Assembly: GCA_903789495.1 (NCBI GenBank)
Contig: CAIFEQ010000007.1
Coordinates: 2,414-66,413 of the forward strand
Length of the DNA stretch: 64,000 bases
DNA from: an uncultured Erysipelotrichaceae bacterium
Lineage (GTDB): Bacteria > Bacillota_I > Bacilli_A > Erysipelotrichales > Erysipelotrichaceae
Reading direction: 5' to 3'
Below the pieces are notes generated by a model. It was not told where the DNA came from. It ran no database searches and worked only from the letters and a program-made list of their open reading frames with translations. The translations under genes and the position numbers were made by a program. Positions within the stretch are counted from its first letter, which is position 1. Each line of letters opens with the position of its first letter. Shown here piece by piece: positions 34,026-43,626 of the stretch.

Positions 34026-35116
34026 CGCAGATCGTATTCTTTCAGATACACGGCAAACGCGGAAGGAACTGCCAGCGACTGCAGTTCCTTTTCTGTCACC
34101 AGCAGACCGCGTTCCCGGGGCAGGGTTCCGGTATCGGCAATCATGACCTCATAGCCGATCATCTGCCACTCAAGATGCGTAAAGACATGTTTCGCATCCG
34201 GCAGCCGGCGGATCCGCATCACCTGCCCGCCCAGGGTTTCCACCGCCTTTACGGCTTCCGACTGGCTGAGGTGACCGGACAGATTGACAAACTCATATAA
34301 CGAAGCCAGCAGACCATGATCCGGTCTTTTCTGCAGGAAGAAACGGCAGCCATCCCGGATGACCAGGACCGTGCGCTGTTCCGTCTTCCGTTTCCGGCCC
34401 GCATGTCTGACCGGAATCTGGTCCGTCAGGCCGTTCCGATGGGCCAGGCAGCTCTGCCGCCAGGGGCAGTCAGCACAGCGGGGTGTGCCATGGGGCAGGC
34501 AGAGCAGGGCGCCCAGATCCATCAGCCCCTGGTTGAAGGCGGCGGAAAAGCGGGGATCCGTTTCCCGCAGCGCCTCTGCATGTTCCGTCAGGAAGCGCTG
34601 CAGGGCTTCTTCCAGGTTCTTCCGGGTATGCGGATCCGCAATATCCTCCCTGCTGGCCTGCAGACGCGACAGGACCCGCAGGACATTGCCGTCCACAGCC
34701 GGGACAGCCTGATCAAAGGCAAAGGAAGCGATTGCCCCGGCCGTATAGCTGCCGATGCCCGGCAGCTTTTTCAGCTCCGCCACGGAACGGGGCAGTTCGC
34801 CCTGGCAGGAAGTCACCAGGATCCGGGCACATTTCTGCAGGTTTCTCGCCCGGCTGTAATAGCCCAGTCCTTCCCAGAGCCTGAACAGCCGGTCTTCCTC
34901 ACAGGCCGCCAGGGCAGAAACGTCCGGCAGCTCTTTCAGGAACCGTTCATAATAGGGAACCACGGCTTCGGTGCGGGTCTGCTGGAGCATGATCTCGCTG
35001 ACCCAGATCCGGTAGGGATCCCGGGTATGACGCCAGGGAAAATCCCGCCGGTGAGTCTGGTACCAGCGGATCAGAGCTTCGGCCTGCGGCAGAGTGAGTG
35101 CTTCGTCAGGATTCAT
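34022..35116 (-). CDS. mutY: A/G-specific adenine DNA glycosylase
   Basis: [42 protein letters not shown], Fe-S loop [18 protein letters not shown], and a NUDIX-like C-terminus. Start at MNPDEAL (35116). Confidence 0.92.
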   Translation of the reverse strand: MNPDEALTLPQAEALIRWYQTHRRDFPWRHTRDPYRIWVSEIMLQQTRTEAVVPYYERFLKELPDVSALAACEEDRLFRLWEGLGYYSRARNLQKCARILVTSCQGELPRSVAELKKLPGIGSYTAGAIASFAFDQAVPAVDGNVLRVLSRLQASREDIADPHTRKNLEEALQRFLTEHAEALRETDPRFSAAFNQGLMDLGALLCLPHGTPRCADCPWRQSCLAHRNGLTDQIPVRHAGRKRKTEQRTVLVIRDGCRFFLQKRPDHGLLASLYEFVNLSGHLSQSEAVKAVETLGGQVMRIRRLPDAKHVFTHLEWQMIGYEVMIADTGTLPRERGLLVTEKELQSLAVPSAFAVYLKEYDLR

Positions 35117-35221
35117 GCATTCTATTATAAGACGCCCATACCAGGGATTTCCGGCAGTCTGATAGAATGGTACTGAAATTCTGCGCAGAGGATTGCCGGT
35201 TCTGCGGAGAAGGGGGAGTTT

Positions 35222-36988
35222 ATGAAGAGTCTGGAAGAGGTGCTGGAGTCGTATCATCTGGAAATCGATGCCGACGCGGATGAAGCGTCGATTCAGGAAC
35301 TGCAGGCATTCTGGGACAGCCTGATGGCTGAACATGGCGAGAATGTCTCGGATGCGGACCTGGACTATGCCATCCGGGAGTTCCGTCAGCTGGGCCTGGT
35401 GCGTGAGAGCGGTTCAGCCGGCAGGGACAGGCAGAAAAAAGCCGCCCCTGCCGCAAAGCCGGCCGCAGAGAAGAAGCCGGCCGCGCCGAAAGAAGAAACG
35501 AAACCGGCCTCGCCGGCTGAGAAACCGAAAGAAGCCGTCAAACCGGACTGGCGGGTCATGATCTCCTATGCCAGCAGGCCGACGGTGAAAGAACCGATTC
35601 TGTTTCTGAAAGATCCCGATCACCTGCTGAAGGATGGGATCGTCGGCGACTTCACCAGTCCGGACCACCGCCGCGCTTTTGAATACTATGACGAAGAGCG
35701 GAAACTGCAGAGCTTTGCGATCCGCGCCATCGATCAGCGCTTCATCCGTCTGATCGACTGGCTGGGCAGCGGCCATGCCATGCTCCGGCTGCACGGCCAG
35801 CCCGTACCGCGCGGCTTTGCGGTGACACATCTGGAGGCGACCGAGCGGCCGGGCAACGAAGCCCTGGCTGCGGTCAATGATTCCTATCTCCAGTTTCTGC
35901 TGCAGCGCATCGAGGGCAGTCTGCCGAAAGCCGATACCCCGGAAGAACGGAAAGCCGATGCGGAAAGCCGGCAGACCCTGATCCTTTCCGATATCACCAG
36001 CATCATGAACTTCATGACGGCGGCTGCCGATACCCTGCCGGCCAACATCCGTTCCTGGGCCTATCAGAACATTGCCATCACCCAGTCCAATGTGGTCAGC
36101 GATGATGAGAAACGACACGCCAAGCGGGCCCTCTCGCTGATGCTGCAGATCCAGTGGCAGAGTACCTTCTTCCCCAGTGTCGATCCGATCGAAGCACGCC
36201 GGATCCTTGATGAGGAACTGTACGGCATGGACCGGGTCAAGCAGCGCATCGTGGAAACCATCGTGCAGATCAACCGCACCCACACCCTGCCGGCCTATGG
36301 CCTGCTGCTGGTCGGCCCGGCAGGCACCGGCAAGTCGCAGATCGCCTATGCCGTGGCGCGGATTCTGAAACTGCCCTGGGCCTCCCTGAGCATGAGCACC
36401 ATCCAGGATGCCGAGGCGCTGACCGGTTCGCCGCGCATCTATCAGAATGCCAAGCCGGGCCGGATCATGGAGGCCTTCATCCAGGCCGGATCCAGCAACC
36501 TGGTCTTCATCATCAATGAACTGGACAAGGCCAATTCGCACAGCCATGGCAGCAATCCTGCGGATACCCTGCTGACCCTGCTGGACGGCCTGGGCTTTAC
36601 CGATAACTACATCGAGTGCAGCATACCGACGCAGGGCATCTATCCCATTGCCACGGCCAACGATCTCAGTCAGATCGATGATCCGCTGCTCAGCCGCTTC
36701 GCCATCATCAATATTCCGGACTATACCCCGGAAGAGCGCAAGATCATTCTCAGGGATTATGTCATGCCCAAGATCCTGCGCCGCCTGGGCATGCAGGCAG
36801 GGGAGTGCCGGCTGACCGACAGCGGCATCCAGGCCGTGATTGACATCTGCGCCGACCAGCCGGGCATCCGGGCCATTGAACAGGCCGCGGAGCATATCGC
36901 CGCCCATGCCCTGTACCGGATCGAAACCGAGAAGATTCCGGCCGTGACCTTTGACCGCCGGGCGGTGAACCGGCTGCTAAAAGGCTGA
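35222..36988 (+). CDS. Lon-type AAA+ ATPase without a protease domain, with an unrecognised N-terminal region
   Basis: LDEELYGMDRVKQRIVETI...LLLVGPAGTGKSQIAYAVAR...GSPRIYQNAKPGRIMEAF...VFIINELDK...DPLLSRFAIINIPDYTPEERK parallels the Lon A ATPase module. The protein ends about 95 aa later with no Ser-Lys protease domain. Confidence 0.75.
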   Translation: MKSLEEVLESYHLEIDADADEASIQELQAFWDSLMAEHGENVSDADLDYAIREFRQLGLVRESGSAGRDRQKKAAPAAKPAAEKKPAAPKEETKPASPAEKPKEAVKPDWRVMISYASRPTVKEPILFLKDPDHLLKDGIVGDFTSPDHRRAFEYYDEERKLQSFAIRAIDQRFIRLIDWLGSGHAMLRLHGQPVPRGFAVTHLEATERPGNEALAAVNDSYLQFLLQRIEGSLPKADTPEERKADAESRQTLILSDITSIMNFMTAAADTLPANIRSWAYQNIAITQSNVVSDDEKRHAKRALSLMLQIQWQSTFFPSVDPIEARRILDEELYGMDRVKQRIVETIVQINRTHTLPAYGLLLVGPAGTGKSQIAYAVARILKLPWASLSMSTIQDAEALTGSPRIYQNAKPGRIMEAFIQAGSSNLVFIINELDKANSHSHGSNPADTLLTLLDGLGFTDNYIECSIPTQGIYPIATANDLSQIDDPLLSRFAIINIPDYTPEERKIILRDYVMPKILRRLGMQAGECRLTDSGIQAVIDICADQPGIRAIEQAAEHIAAHALYRIETEKIPAVTFDRRAVNRLLKG

Positions 36989-37004
36989 AAGCAGGCCTTA
37001 CTGA

Positions 37005-37036
37005 ACCTGTCTTCCTTTCGGGAAGGGCAGGTTTTT
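37005..37036 (+). terminator. Intrinsic terminator after the AAA+ gene
   Basis: AACCTGTCTTCC-tttcg-GGAAGGGCAGGTT (imperfect) followed by TTTT. Confidence 0.6.
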
Positions 37037-37109
37037 CTTCTGAACAGCAGAAGAATTGGACGCCACCATTCAGGTAGGATATGCTGTTGCCATGCAAGGA
37101 GGCTTTGAG

Positions 37110-38279
37110 ATGCAGTACGATTTTGATTCGACTCTCGACCATCGGCACAACTTCTCCTACCGCTGGGACATGCCCGGGATGCCGGACGATGTCATCGGGA
37201 TGGGAACCGCCGACCTGGACTACACCTGTGCCCCGGCAATCCGGGAAGCGCTGGTGCCGATCGCAGAAGAAAACTGCTACAACTATCGTCAGCGCCCTGC
37301 TTCCTACTACCAGGCCGTCGTGGATTTCTACCGCCGCCGGTACGGCATGGAGATTCAGCCGGAGTGGCTGAGCAATGTGCCCAGCACCATCGGGGCGGTG
37401 CGGATTGCCCTGGAGATCCTGACCAGACCCGGTGATGCGGTCATCGTGCAGACACCGGTCTTCCAGCCCCTGGCTTCCGCGGCCGACGGGGCGGGTCTGC
37501 GGCTCATTGAGAATCCGCTGAAGATCGTCGATCACCGCTATGAACTGGACTTCGCAGATTTTGAAGCCAAGATCGAGCAGTATCAGCCCAAGGCCTGTCT
37601 GCTGGTGAATCCCCACAATCCGACCGGCAGAGTCTTTGAAAAAGACGAACTCAGCCGGCTGATCGACATCTGTGCAGCCCATGGGGTGGCCATGATCTCG
37701 GATGAAGTCCACGGTCAGATCGTCTATGACGGCCGTACCTTCACCCCGATCCTGGGCGTCAGCGAGAAGGCCAGGGAAATCTCGATTCAGGTCATGAGTC
37801 TGTCCAAGGGATACAACATCATGTCTCTGCCGCATGCCATCATCACCATTGCCAATCCGAAGCTGCAGGAAGCCTACATGAGGCAGATCCGTTCCTTCTC
37901 CTTCGGCTATGCCGTCAACAGCTTTGCCCTGGCGGCGGTGACGACGATCCTGGAAGGAAAATGCGATGCCTGGATGGAACAGCTTTCTGCCTATCTGGAA
38001 CGCAACCTGAATGAGATCTGTGCGGATTTTGAGGCCCATCATCTGCCCCTGGAAGTCTACCGCCCGGAAGCCAGCTTCCTGCTCTGGGTGGACTGCCGTA
38101 AGGCAGGCTTTGACAGTTCAGACCTGCATCAGGTGTTCCTGGACAGGGCCCACATCGATCTGGATGACGGGGCCCAGAACTTCGGTCCTGCCGGGGCCGG
38201 CTTCATCCGCCTGAACTATGCGGTGACCAATGCGGTACTGAAAGAGGCACTGGCCCGCATCAATCAGATGTTTGAATAA
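37110..38279 (+). CDS. MalY/PatB-family PLP-dependent C-S lyase (class I/II aminotransferase fold)
   Basis: RHNFSYRWDMP, GTADLDYTCAPAI, SDEVHGQIVY, MSLSKGYN (PLP lysine). SD GGAGG before ATG 37110. Confidence 0.85.
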   Translation: MQYDFDSTLDHRHNFSYRWDMPGMPDDVIGMGTADLDYTCAPAIREALVPIAEENCYNYRQRPASYYQAVVDFYRRRYGMEIQPEWLSNVPSTIGAVRIALEILTRPGDAVIVQTPVFQPLASAADGAGLRLIENPLKIVDHRYELDFADFEAKIEQYQPKACLLVNPHNPTGRVFEKDELSRLIDICAAHGVAMISDEVHGQIVYDGRTFTPILGVSEKAREISIQVMSLSKGYNIMSLPHAIITIANPKLQEAYMRQIRSFSFGYAVNSFALAAVTTILEGKCDAWMEQLSAYLERNLNEICADFEAHHLPLEVYRPEASFLLWVDCRKAGFDSSDLHQVFLDRAHIDLDDGAQNFGPAGAGFIRLNYAVTNAVLKEALARINQMFE

Positions 38280-38306
38280 AGCACATCACTGAAAAAGAGG
38301 GGAAAT

Positions 38307-39731
38307 ATGTCTGAAAACAAGAGCATCAGGGAAATGACGGCTCAGCGCGCTCTGCTCGGCTTCCTGGCGCCGATCCTGACGCTGGTCATTCTCATTGCCT
38401 TCGGTACGGATGTCACCATCGCGGCGCTGTTTGCCCTGTTTGTCATGATTCTCTACTGCATGTTCATGGGCTATCCCTGGCCGGAAATTGATGAGGGAAT
38501 GGCCAGCGGCGTCAAGGATATCGCGACGGCTTCCATGATCATGCTGCTGGTCGGGTGCATGGTGGCGGTCTGGATGGCCGCCGGAACGATTCCGACCATG
38601 CTGTACTACGGTCTGAAGATCATCAGCCCCACGCTGTTCCTGCCGATCTGCTTTGTGCTGCCGGCCTTCATGGCGGTCTGCACGGGCACCAGCTGGGGTT
38701 CCATCAGCACCATCGGGGTCGTGCTCTGCGGCATGGCACCCAGCCTGGGCATTCCGGTCGGCATGGCCGCGGGTGCGGTAATCTCCGGTGCCTTCTTCGG
38801 GGACAAGATGAGCCCGCTGTCAGATACGACCCTGCTGGCTTCGTCTTCCACCGATGTGCCGCTGTTTGATCATATCCGCTCCATGTGGTATACGACAGTG
38901 CCGGCTTCGATCATCTGCCTGGTCATCTATGCCATTCTCGGGGTCCGGGCTTCCGGTTCCATCGATACCACGGCCGTGCAGGAGCTCTCCACCGCCCTGA
39001 CGGACAATTTTCTGATCAACATCTTCATGATCCTGCCGATCATCCTGGTTCTGGTCATGTCGGTGAAGAAGGTACCGGCTTTCCTGTCCTTCGGGGTGGG
39101 CATCGGTACGGGCATTCTCTTCGCCATGCTCTTCCAGCACCGGGGTTTTCTGGAAATGCTGGGCTACATGCTCAACGGCTTCAGCCTGGAATCGGATACC
39201 CCGGCCCTGAATACCCTGGTCTCGCGGGGCGGCTTCACCAGCATGCTGTCGCTGGTCGGCATTCTGATCATCCTCGGCATGCTCAGCGGTCTGTTCACCA
39301 AGACCAAAGTCCTGACGGTTCTGGTCTCCCATCTGTCCAAGAAGCTGAATACCCCGGGTACACTGCTGCTCGGGGTCTGGATCTCCTGCCTGCTGATCTG
39401 CCTGATCGGCGGTCAGTATCCTGCCATTGCCATTCCGGCTGTTGCCTTCAAGGATGCCTGTGATGAGATGGATATCCACCGCTGCGTCCTGTCGCGGACG
39501 CTCGAGGATGTCGGCACCATGGTGGCGGCAATCATTCCCTGGAGTGCCTGGGTCATCGGTTATGGCACGGTGCTGGGCGGGATCTCGGTCTGGGACTTCA
39601 TTCCCTATACCTATCTCTGCTTCCTCTGCCCGATTCTGGCTCTGATCCACAACTTTGTGGGCATCGGTCTGTTCCATAAGGACGACGAAGTCCGCTACAG
39701 GCCGTTCTGGATCCGCGGCCGCAGCAATTGA
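38307..39731 (+). CDS. nhaC: Na+/H+ antiporter NhaC family protein
   Basis: 474-aa polytopic protein: MAAGTIPTMLYYGL, CTGTSWGSISTIGV, FFGDKMSPLSDTT. Confidence 0.85.
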   Translation: MSENKSIREMTAQRALLGFLAPILTLVILIAFGTDVTIAALFALFVMILYCMFMGYPWPEIDEGMASGVKDIATASMIMLLVGCMVAVWMAAGTIPTMLYYGLKIISPTLFLPICFVLPAFMAVCTGTSWGSISTIGVVLCGMAPSLGIPVGMAAGAVISGAFFGDKMSPLSDTTLLASSSTDVPLFDHIRSMWYTTVPASIICLVIYAILGVRASGSIDTTAVQELSTALTDNFLINIFMILPIILVLVMSVKKVPAFLSFGVGIGTGILFAMLFQHRGFLEMLGYMLNGFSLESDTPALNTLVSRGGFTSMLSLVGILIILGMLSGLFTKTKVLTVLVSHLSKKLNTPGTLLLGVWISCLLICLIGGQYPAIAIPAVAFKDACDEMDIHRCVLSRTLEDVGTMVAAIIPWSAWVIGYGTVLGGISVWDFIPYTYLCFLCPILALIHNFVGIGLFHKDDEVRYRPFWIRGRSN

Positions 39732-39750
39732 GTATTATCAGATTCATCAG

Positions 39751-39775
39751 GGACCGGTTAAGCCGGTCCTTTTTT
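39751..39775 (+). terminator. Intrinsic terminator after nhaC
   Basis: GGACCGG-ttaag-CCGGTCC followed by TTTTTT. Confidence 0.8.
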
Positions 39776-39802
39776 CAGCCATGCCTGCATATGCTGACAG
39801 AC

Positions 39803-39832
39803 AAAAGCAGACTCTGTCCTGTCAGAGTCTGC
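39803..39832 (-). terminator. Intrinsic terminator after the APC permease gene
   Basis: Minus strand: GCAGACTCTG-acagga-CAGAGTCTGC followed by TTTT. Confidence 0.8.
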
Positions 39833-39857
39833 ATTCGAATGGGAAGAATTTCAGGGA

Positions 39858-41195
39858 TTACTGAAGTTCCCAGCTCTTGGTCACATGAACCTTGCCGCTC
39901 TTCTGGCGGTACCAGCACCAGGCAAAGATCACAATCATGGCAATCAGCGAACCGATGATCATGCCGGCACTGGCGGTCTTCAGGGATCTCCAGATCAGGA
40001 AGATCTGAATGGCCAGGGCGACGATGCACCAGAAATGGAAAGCGCTTTTCGAATACTTCCAGGCCCGGTTCTCCCAGGCACCTTCCATGGTCTCCGGATA
40101 GCGCCAGATTCCGATGATCAGCAGGATGGAAGTCAGTGAGCTGACAAAGGTTGTATTGGAGAGAATGGTCCGGATGTTCAGGCCGAAGATCATCGGTATG
40201 ATGCCGATGATATAGATGATGAGCATGTACTTCCAGGCAATACCGTATTTGTTTTTGGCAGCCAGTTTCTCCGGCAGCCAGCCATCCTGGGTGACAACCA
40301 GCAGCGGTCTTTCAAAGATGCCGAAGGAAGAATTCATTGTTGTCGCCAGAGCCATGACCGGACCGGCGAAGACGAAGATTGTGGTCATCAGCGGGCTGAA
40401 CAGAACCGAGGCGACAGAAACCAGCGTCTGGTTGGCGGTCTCTTCGACCGGCAGCACATTGCTCATGGCAAAGCCGACGGAGCAGTAGATGACAACCAGG
40501 ATAAGCGGCACGATGCACAGAGCCTTGGGCAGATCCTTCTTCGGGCTTCTGCACTGACCGCTGAAAGCGGTGATCAGCGTGTAGCCTCTGGTACTGGCCA
40601 TCAGGACCATGACAGCCTGATAGAAGCCGTCAGCACCGTTCAGGAAGTAGCCGGGCTGCGTGATCTGCAGGGAATCCGGTCTGGCATTGGCAATGCCGAA
40701 GAAGCCCAGCATGAGCAGGCCGGCAATCAGAATGACAGACAGCCAGTTTTCAATCCTGGCCATGAAGCCGGTGCCGAACAGATTGATGACCATGAACAGG
40801 GTCAGACCGATGTAGGCAAACACCTTGGCAGGGATGGCCGGGAAGACGATGTTCATGTACATGCCGAAGGCCAGAGCAAAGTTGGAGAAGACCAGTACGC
40901 TCAGGGTATTGGCGATCCCGTAGAAACCGCCCCAGAGATCCCCTAGGGTTGTGGACATGAACGAATAGTTGCCGCCGTTGATACGGGCAGCCGTCGTCAT
41001 CAGAATCAGCGGCAGATTGGACAGGAAGCCGAGGACGATGGCAACAAAATAGGCAATCCAGGTAGCGCGTCCCGTATAGCCCACGGCAATACCGACGTAG
41101 GAGACAATCCCGGCACCGATCACCGATCCGGTTCCCATGAAGACCAGGGTTTTCAGATCGAGTCCGCCGGTGTTTTCTTTGACCGCTGTACTCAT
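39858..41195 (-). CDS. APC-superfamily amino acid permease
   Basis: MSTAVKENTGGLDLKTLVFMGTGSVIGAGI..., 12 TM helices. Strong SD GGAGGAGGG before ATG 41195. Confidence 0.85.
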   Translation of the reverse strand: MSTAVKENTGGLDLKTLVFMGTGSVIGAGIVSYVGIAVGYTGRATWIAYFVAIVLGFLSNLPLILMTTAARINGGNYSFMSTTLGDLWGGFYGIANTLSVLVFSNFALAFGMYMNIVFPAIPAKVFAYIGLTLFMVINLFGTGFMARIENWLSVILIAGLLMLGFFGIANARPDSLQITQPGYFLNGADGFYQAVMVLMASTRGYTLITAFSGQCRSPKKDLPKALCIVPLILVVIYCSVGFAMSNVLPVEETANQTLVSVASVLFSPLMTTIFVFAGPVMALATTMNSSFGIFERPLLVVTQDGWLPEKLAAKNKYGIAWKYMLIIYIIGIIPMIFGLNIRTILSNTTFVSSLTSILLIIGIWRYPETMEGAWENRAWKYSKSAFHFWCIVALAIQIFLIWRSLKTASAGMIIGSLIAMIVIFAWCWYRQKSGKVHVTKSWELQ

Positions 41196-41217
41196 ACGTG
41201 TTTCCCTCCTCCGTACT

Positions 41218-42399
41218 TCAGGCAATGGTTTCAATGACTGCCGAGTTCAGCGCATCCTCTGTCAGTTCATTGCCGATGCCAGGCTCTTCCGGAATCGAGA
41301 AGTAGCCATCGACAGGCTGGTAGTCATGCACGCAGAGGGCACGGACTTCCGGCAGGGTATTGACGGTGTGATGTTCGTGAATGATGAAGTTCGGGATCGC
41401 GGCTTCCAGATGCAGGGAAACCGCAACGGAAATCGGCGTATTGCAGGTATGCGTCTGGATCGTGACACCGAAAGCTTCTGCCATATCGGCGATTTTGCGG
41501 CATTCCGTAACGCCGCCGCAGTTGCCGATATCCGGCTGCAGGACGGAGACGCTCTGGTTCAGCAGCAGCGGCAGGTAGCCCCATCTGGTATAGGTACGTT
41601 CCCCGGTAGCCAGCGGGATATTCGTGCGCCGGGCTACTTTCTCATGCTCCAGCGGGCTCATCGGCGAGCAGGGTTCTTCGAGGAACATGATGTCGTATTT
41701 CTCGGCCGCATTGGCAAACTGGATGACTGTCTCGGCCGAGGTAGACGCATGGTTTTCCATGATGATGTCGACATCCGGTCCGACCGTTTCCCTGGCCGCT
41801 TCAACCCGGGCCAGGAAGGTATCCATCAGCTGATGGGGGATGTAGTTCTTCATCTCCTGCGGATCCACCCGGCTGCCATCCAGCGCCTTTCCCAGGAAGT
41901 CGATCTTGACGGCGGTATAGCCCTCATCAACGGCCTTTCTGCAGGCATCTCTGAGGAACTGCAGATCACCCGGTGCTGTCATGAATTCCCGATAGCCCCA
42001 GCCATTCTGCAGCTGACTGGCATAGGCCCGGAGCCGGTCCCGGTGCTTGCCGCCAAGCAGGACATACAGGGGAACCTGGAAATACTTGGCCTTCAGGTCC
42101 CAGAGGGCGGTATCAATGGCACTGATGGCGGACATGATCACGCCGCCGTTTCCCTGGGCCCAGAATCCTCTGGCCAGTTTGGAATAGATCACATCAATGG
42201 CCAGCGGATCCATGCCGATGATCATTCTGCTCATGGATTTCAGCACTTCATAGGATCCCAGGGTGTAATCCATGATGGAAACGCCGGCTTCCCCATAGCC
42301 ATAGAGACCATTATCCGCGTGAATGCGGCAGAGGACGGGAGTCTGGGCGCTGAAGTCAAAACGCTTCAGCCGGATGACATCTACTGCTGTGATTTTCAT
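41218..42399 (-). CDS. Enolase-superfamily enzyme (mandelate racemase/muconate lactonizing family; acid-sugar dehydratase-like)
   Basis: MKITAVDVIRL...GYGEAG...AIDTALWDLKAKYFQVPLYVLLGG. Candidate metal ligands in VKIDF, IIMENH and FLEEP. ATGER and QPDIGNCGG motifs. Confidence 0.85.
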   Translation of the reverse strand: MKITAVDVIRLKRFDFSAQTPVLCRIHADNGLYGYGEAGVSIMDYTLGSYEVLKSMSRMIIGMDPLAIDVIYSKLARGFWAQGNGGVIMSAISAIDTALWDLKAKYFQVPLYVLLGGKHRDRLRAYASQLQNGWGYREFMTAPGDLQFLRDACRKAVDEGYTAVKIDFLGKALDGSRVDPQEMKNYIPHQLMDTFLARVEAARETVGPDVDIIMENHASTSAETVIQFANAAEKYDIMFLEEPCSPMSPLEHEKVARRTNIPLATGERTYTRWGYLPLLLNQSVSVLQPDIGNCGGVTECRKIADMAEAFGVTIQTHTCNTPISVAVSLHLEAAIPNFIIHEHHTVNTLPEVRALCVHDYQPVDGYFSIPEEPGIGNELTEDALNSAVIETIA

Positions 42400-42503
42400 G
42401 TTCTGCTCCTCTGCAGACGGTGTCTGCTATCTTCTCCATTGCCCGGCTGCACGCGCAGACAGATCCGGGCAATGATGCGAACACAGGATGGGAATTCCAT
42501 CAA

Positions 42504-42572
42504 TACAGATCTGTAATGCTGTAATACAGATTTTCTGATTCAAAAATAGAACAGACAGAGGAATTCTGTCAA
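42504..42572 (-). promoter_or_regulatory. Promoter (TTGACA-18 nt-TATTTT on the minus strand) with two GntR/FadR-type palindromic operators downstream
   Basis: Plus-strand TACAGATCTGTA (42504-42515, perfect palindrome) and CTGTAATACAG (42519-42529, dyad). -10 at 42543-42548 and -35 at 42567-42572 (as the complement). Confidence 0.55.
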
Positions 42573-42593
42573 TGGGCCTGATACGATTTCCGC

Positions 42594-42623
42594 AAAAAAT
42601 CACTTCCGGTTTTCCGGAAGTGA
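42594..42623 (-). terminator. Intrinsic terminator after the GntR gene
   Basis: Minus strand: TCACTTCCGG-aaaa-CCGGAAGTGA followed by TTTTTT. Confidence 0.85.
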
Positions 42624-42637
42624 CAGATCTTTATTTC

Positions 42638-43348
42638 TTAAGAGTCTTTCTGGTAAAGTTTTTCGGCTTCCTTGATCTGCATGTCGAAGATTTCCGAACA
42701 CCTGTTCAGATCTCTGGTCTTCAGTACATCGATGCTGGCCTGGTGAAGCATGCGGACATTTTCGATGGAACGCTTTCCCTGTTTCAGCATGCCCTGTTCG
42801 GTATTCCATTTGGATTCTTCGATGATCAGGCTGGCTATGGCCTGATAGATCATGATCAGCAGATCATTTTCGGTCATCTGAACGATGGAAGTATGAAATT
42901 CCATGTCTTTCTTCAGATAGGCTTCCATATCGCCGTTCTCCAGATCCTGAATCATCTCATCGAGAATGTCCTGCAGGTGCTGGATCTTCTTCGCCGGCTG
43001 CTTTTTCTGAATGTCGAGACGCAGGCAGGACATTTCCATGATGGATTTCACCTGGTTGATCTGCCGGTGGTCATGTGAGAACGCATTGATCTGGTAAAGC
43101 TGCTGGAACACCGTATCCATATTGACATGGCTGACGACCGTTCCGGAACCGACCCGGGTCTTGACCATGCCAAGGGTCTGCAGCATCTGGATGGCACCCC
43201 GGACGGAGACCCGGCTGACCCCGAGTTCCCTGGCCAGGTCATTTTCAGAGGGCAGGCGGTAGCCGTATGGCCACTCCCCGGAAACGATCTTTTCCGAGAG
43301 CTGTGTGAAGACCTGATCCGTAAGACTTTGTCTGCTGACCTTGTTCAT
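42638..43348 (-). CDS. GntR-family (FadR/FCD subfamily) transcriptional regulator
   Basis: LPSENDLARELGVSRVSVRGAIQMLQTLGMV winged HTH, then a helical FCD-like C-domain. Confidence 0.88.
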   Translation of the reverse strand: MNKVSRQSLTDQVFTQLSEKIVSGEWPYGYRLPSENDLARELGVSRVSVRGAIQMLQTLGMVKTRVGSGTVVSHVNMDTVFQQLYQINAFSHDHRQINQVKSIMEMSCLRLDIQKKQPAKKIQHLQDILDEMIQDLENGDMEAYLKKDMEFHTSIVQMTENDLLIMIYQAIASLIIEESKWNTEQGMLKQGKRSIENVRMLHQASIDVLKTRDLNRCSEIFDMQIKEAEKLYQKDS

Positions 43349-43465
43349 CGTGTTTCTCCCTGTCCGGCAGACCTTTCCAGGCAGAAAGACAGCCGCCGGT
43401 TTCTCTTATTTATTTTATGATCATAGCATATGGAAATCAGGCCCTGGCAGGATTTTCCGGCCGGC

Positions 43466-43494
43466 AAAGAAAAACACCGCAGGGTTCTGCGGTG
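43466..43494 (-). terminator. Intrinsic terminator after tRNA-Gly
   Basis: Minus strand: CACCGCAG-aacc-CTGCGGTG followed by TTTTTCTTT. Confidence 0.8.
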
Positions 43495-43503
43495 CTGATT
43501 TCC

Positions 43504-43577
43504 TGGAGCAGCTGACGGGAATCGGACCCGCATATCAACCTTGGGAAGGTCGCATTCTACCACTGAATTACAGCTGC
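43504..43577 (-). tRNA. tRNA-Gly(CCC): tRNA-Gly (anticodon CCC)
   Basis: Reverse complement: GCAGCTGTAATTCAGTGGTAGAATGCGACCTTCCCAAGGTTGATATGCGGGTCCGATTCCCGTCAGCTGCTCCA. Anticodon arm CGACC-TTCCCAA-GGTTG. Confidence 0.9.
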
Positions 43578-43587
43578 GTGTGCATCT

Positions 43588-43596
43588 ATTCTAGCA
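43588..43596 (-). promoter_or_regulatory. Extended -10 (TGCTAGAAT) for tRNA-Gly
   Basis: The minus strand reads CGTGCTAGAATAG, 10 nt upstream of the tRNA 5' end. The 13-mer is identical to the one at apbE. Confidence 0.55.
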
Positions 43597-43626
43597 CGGG
43601 TCAAAAGGTTGCCGCAATCCTGGAAA

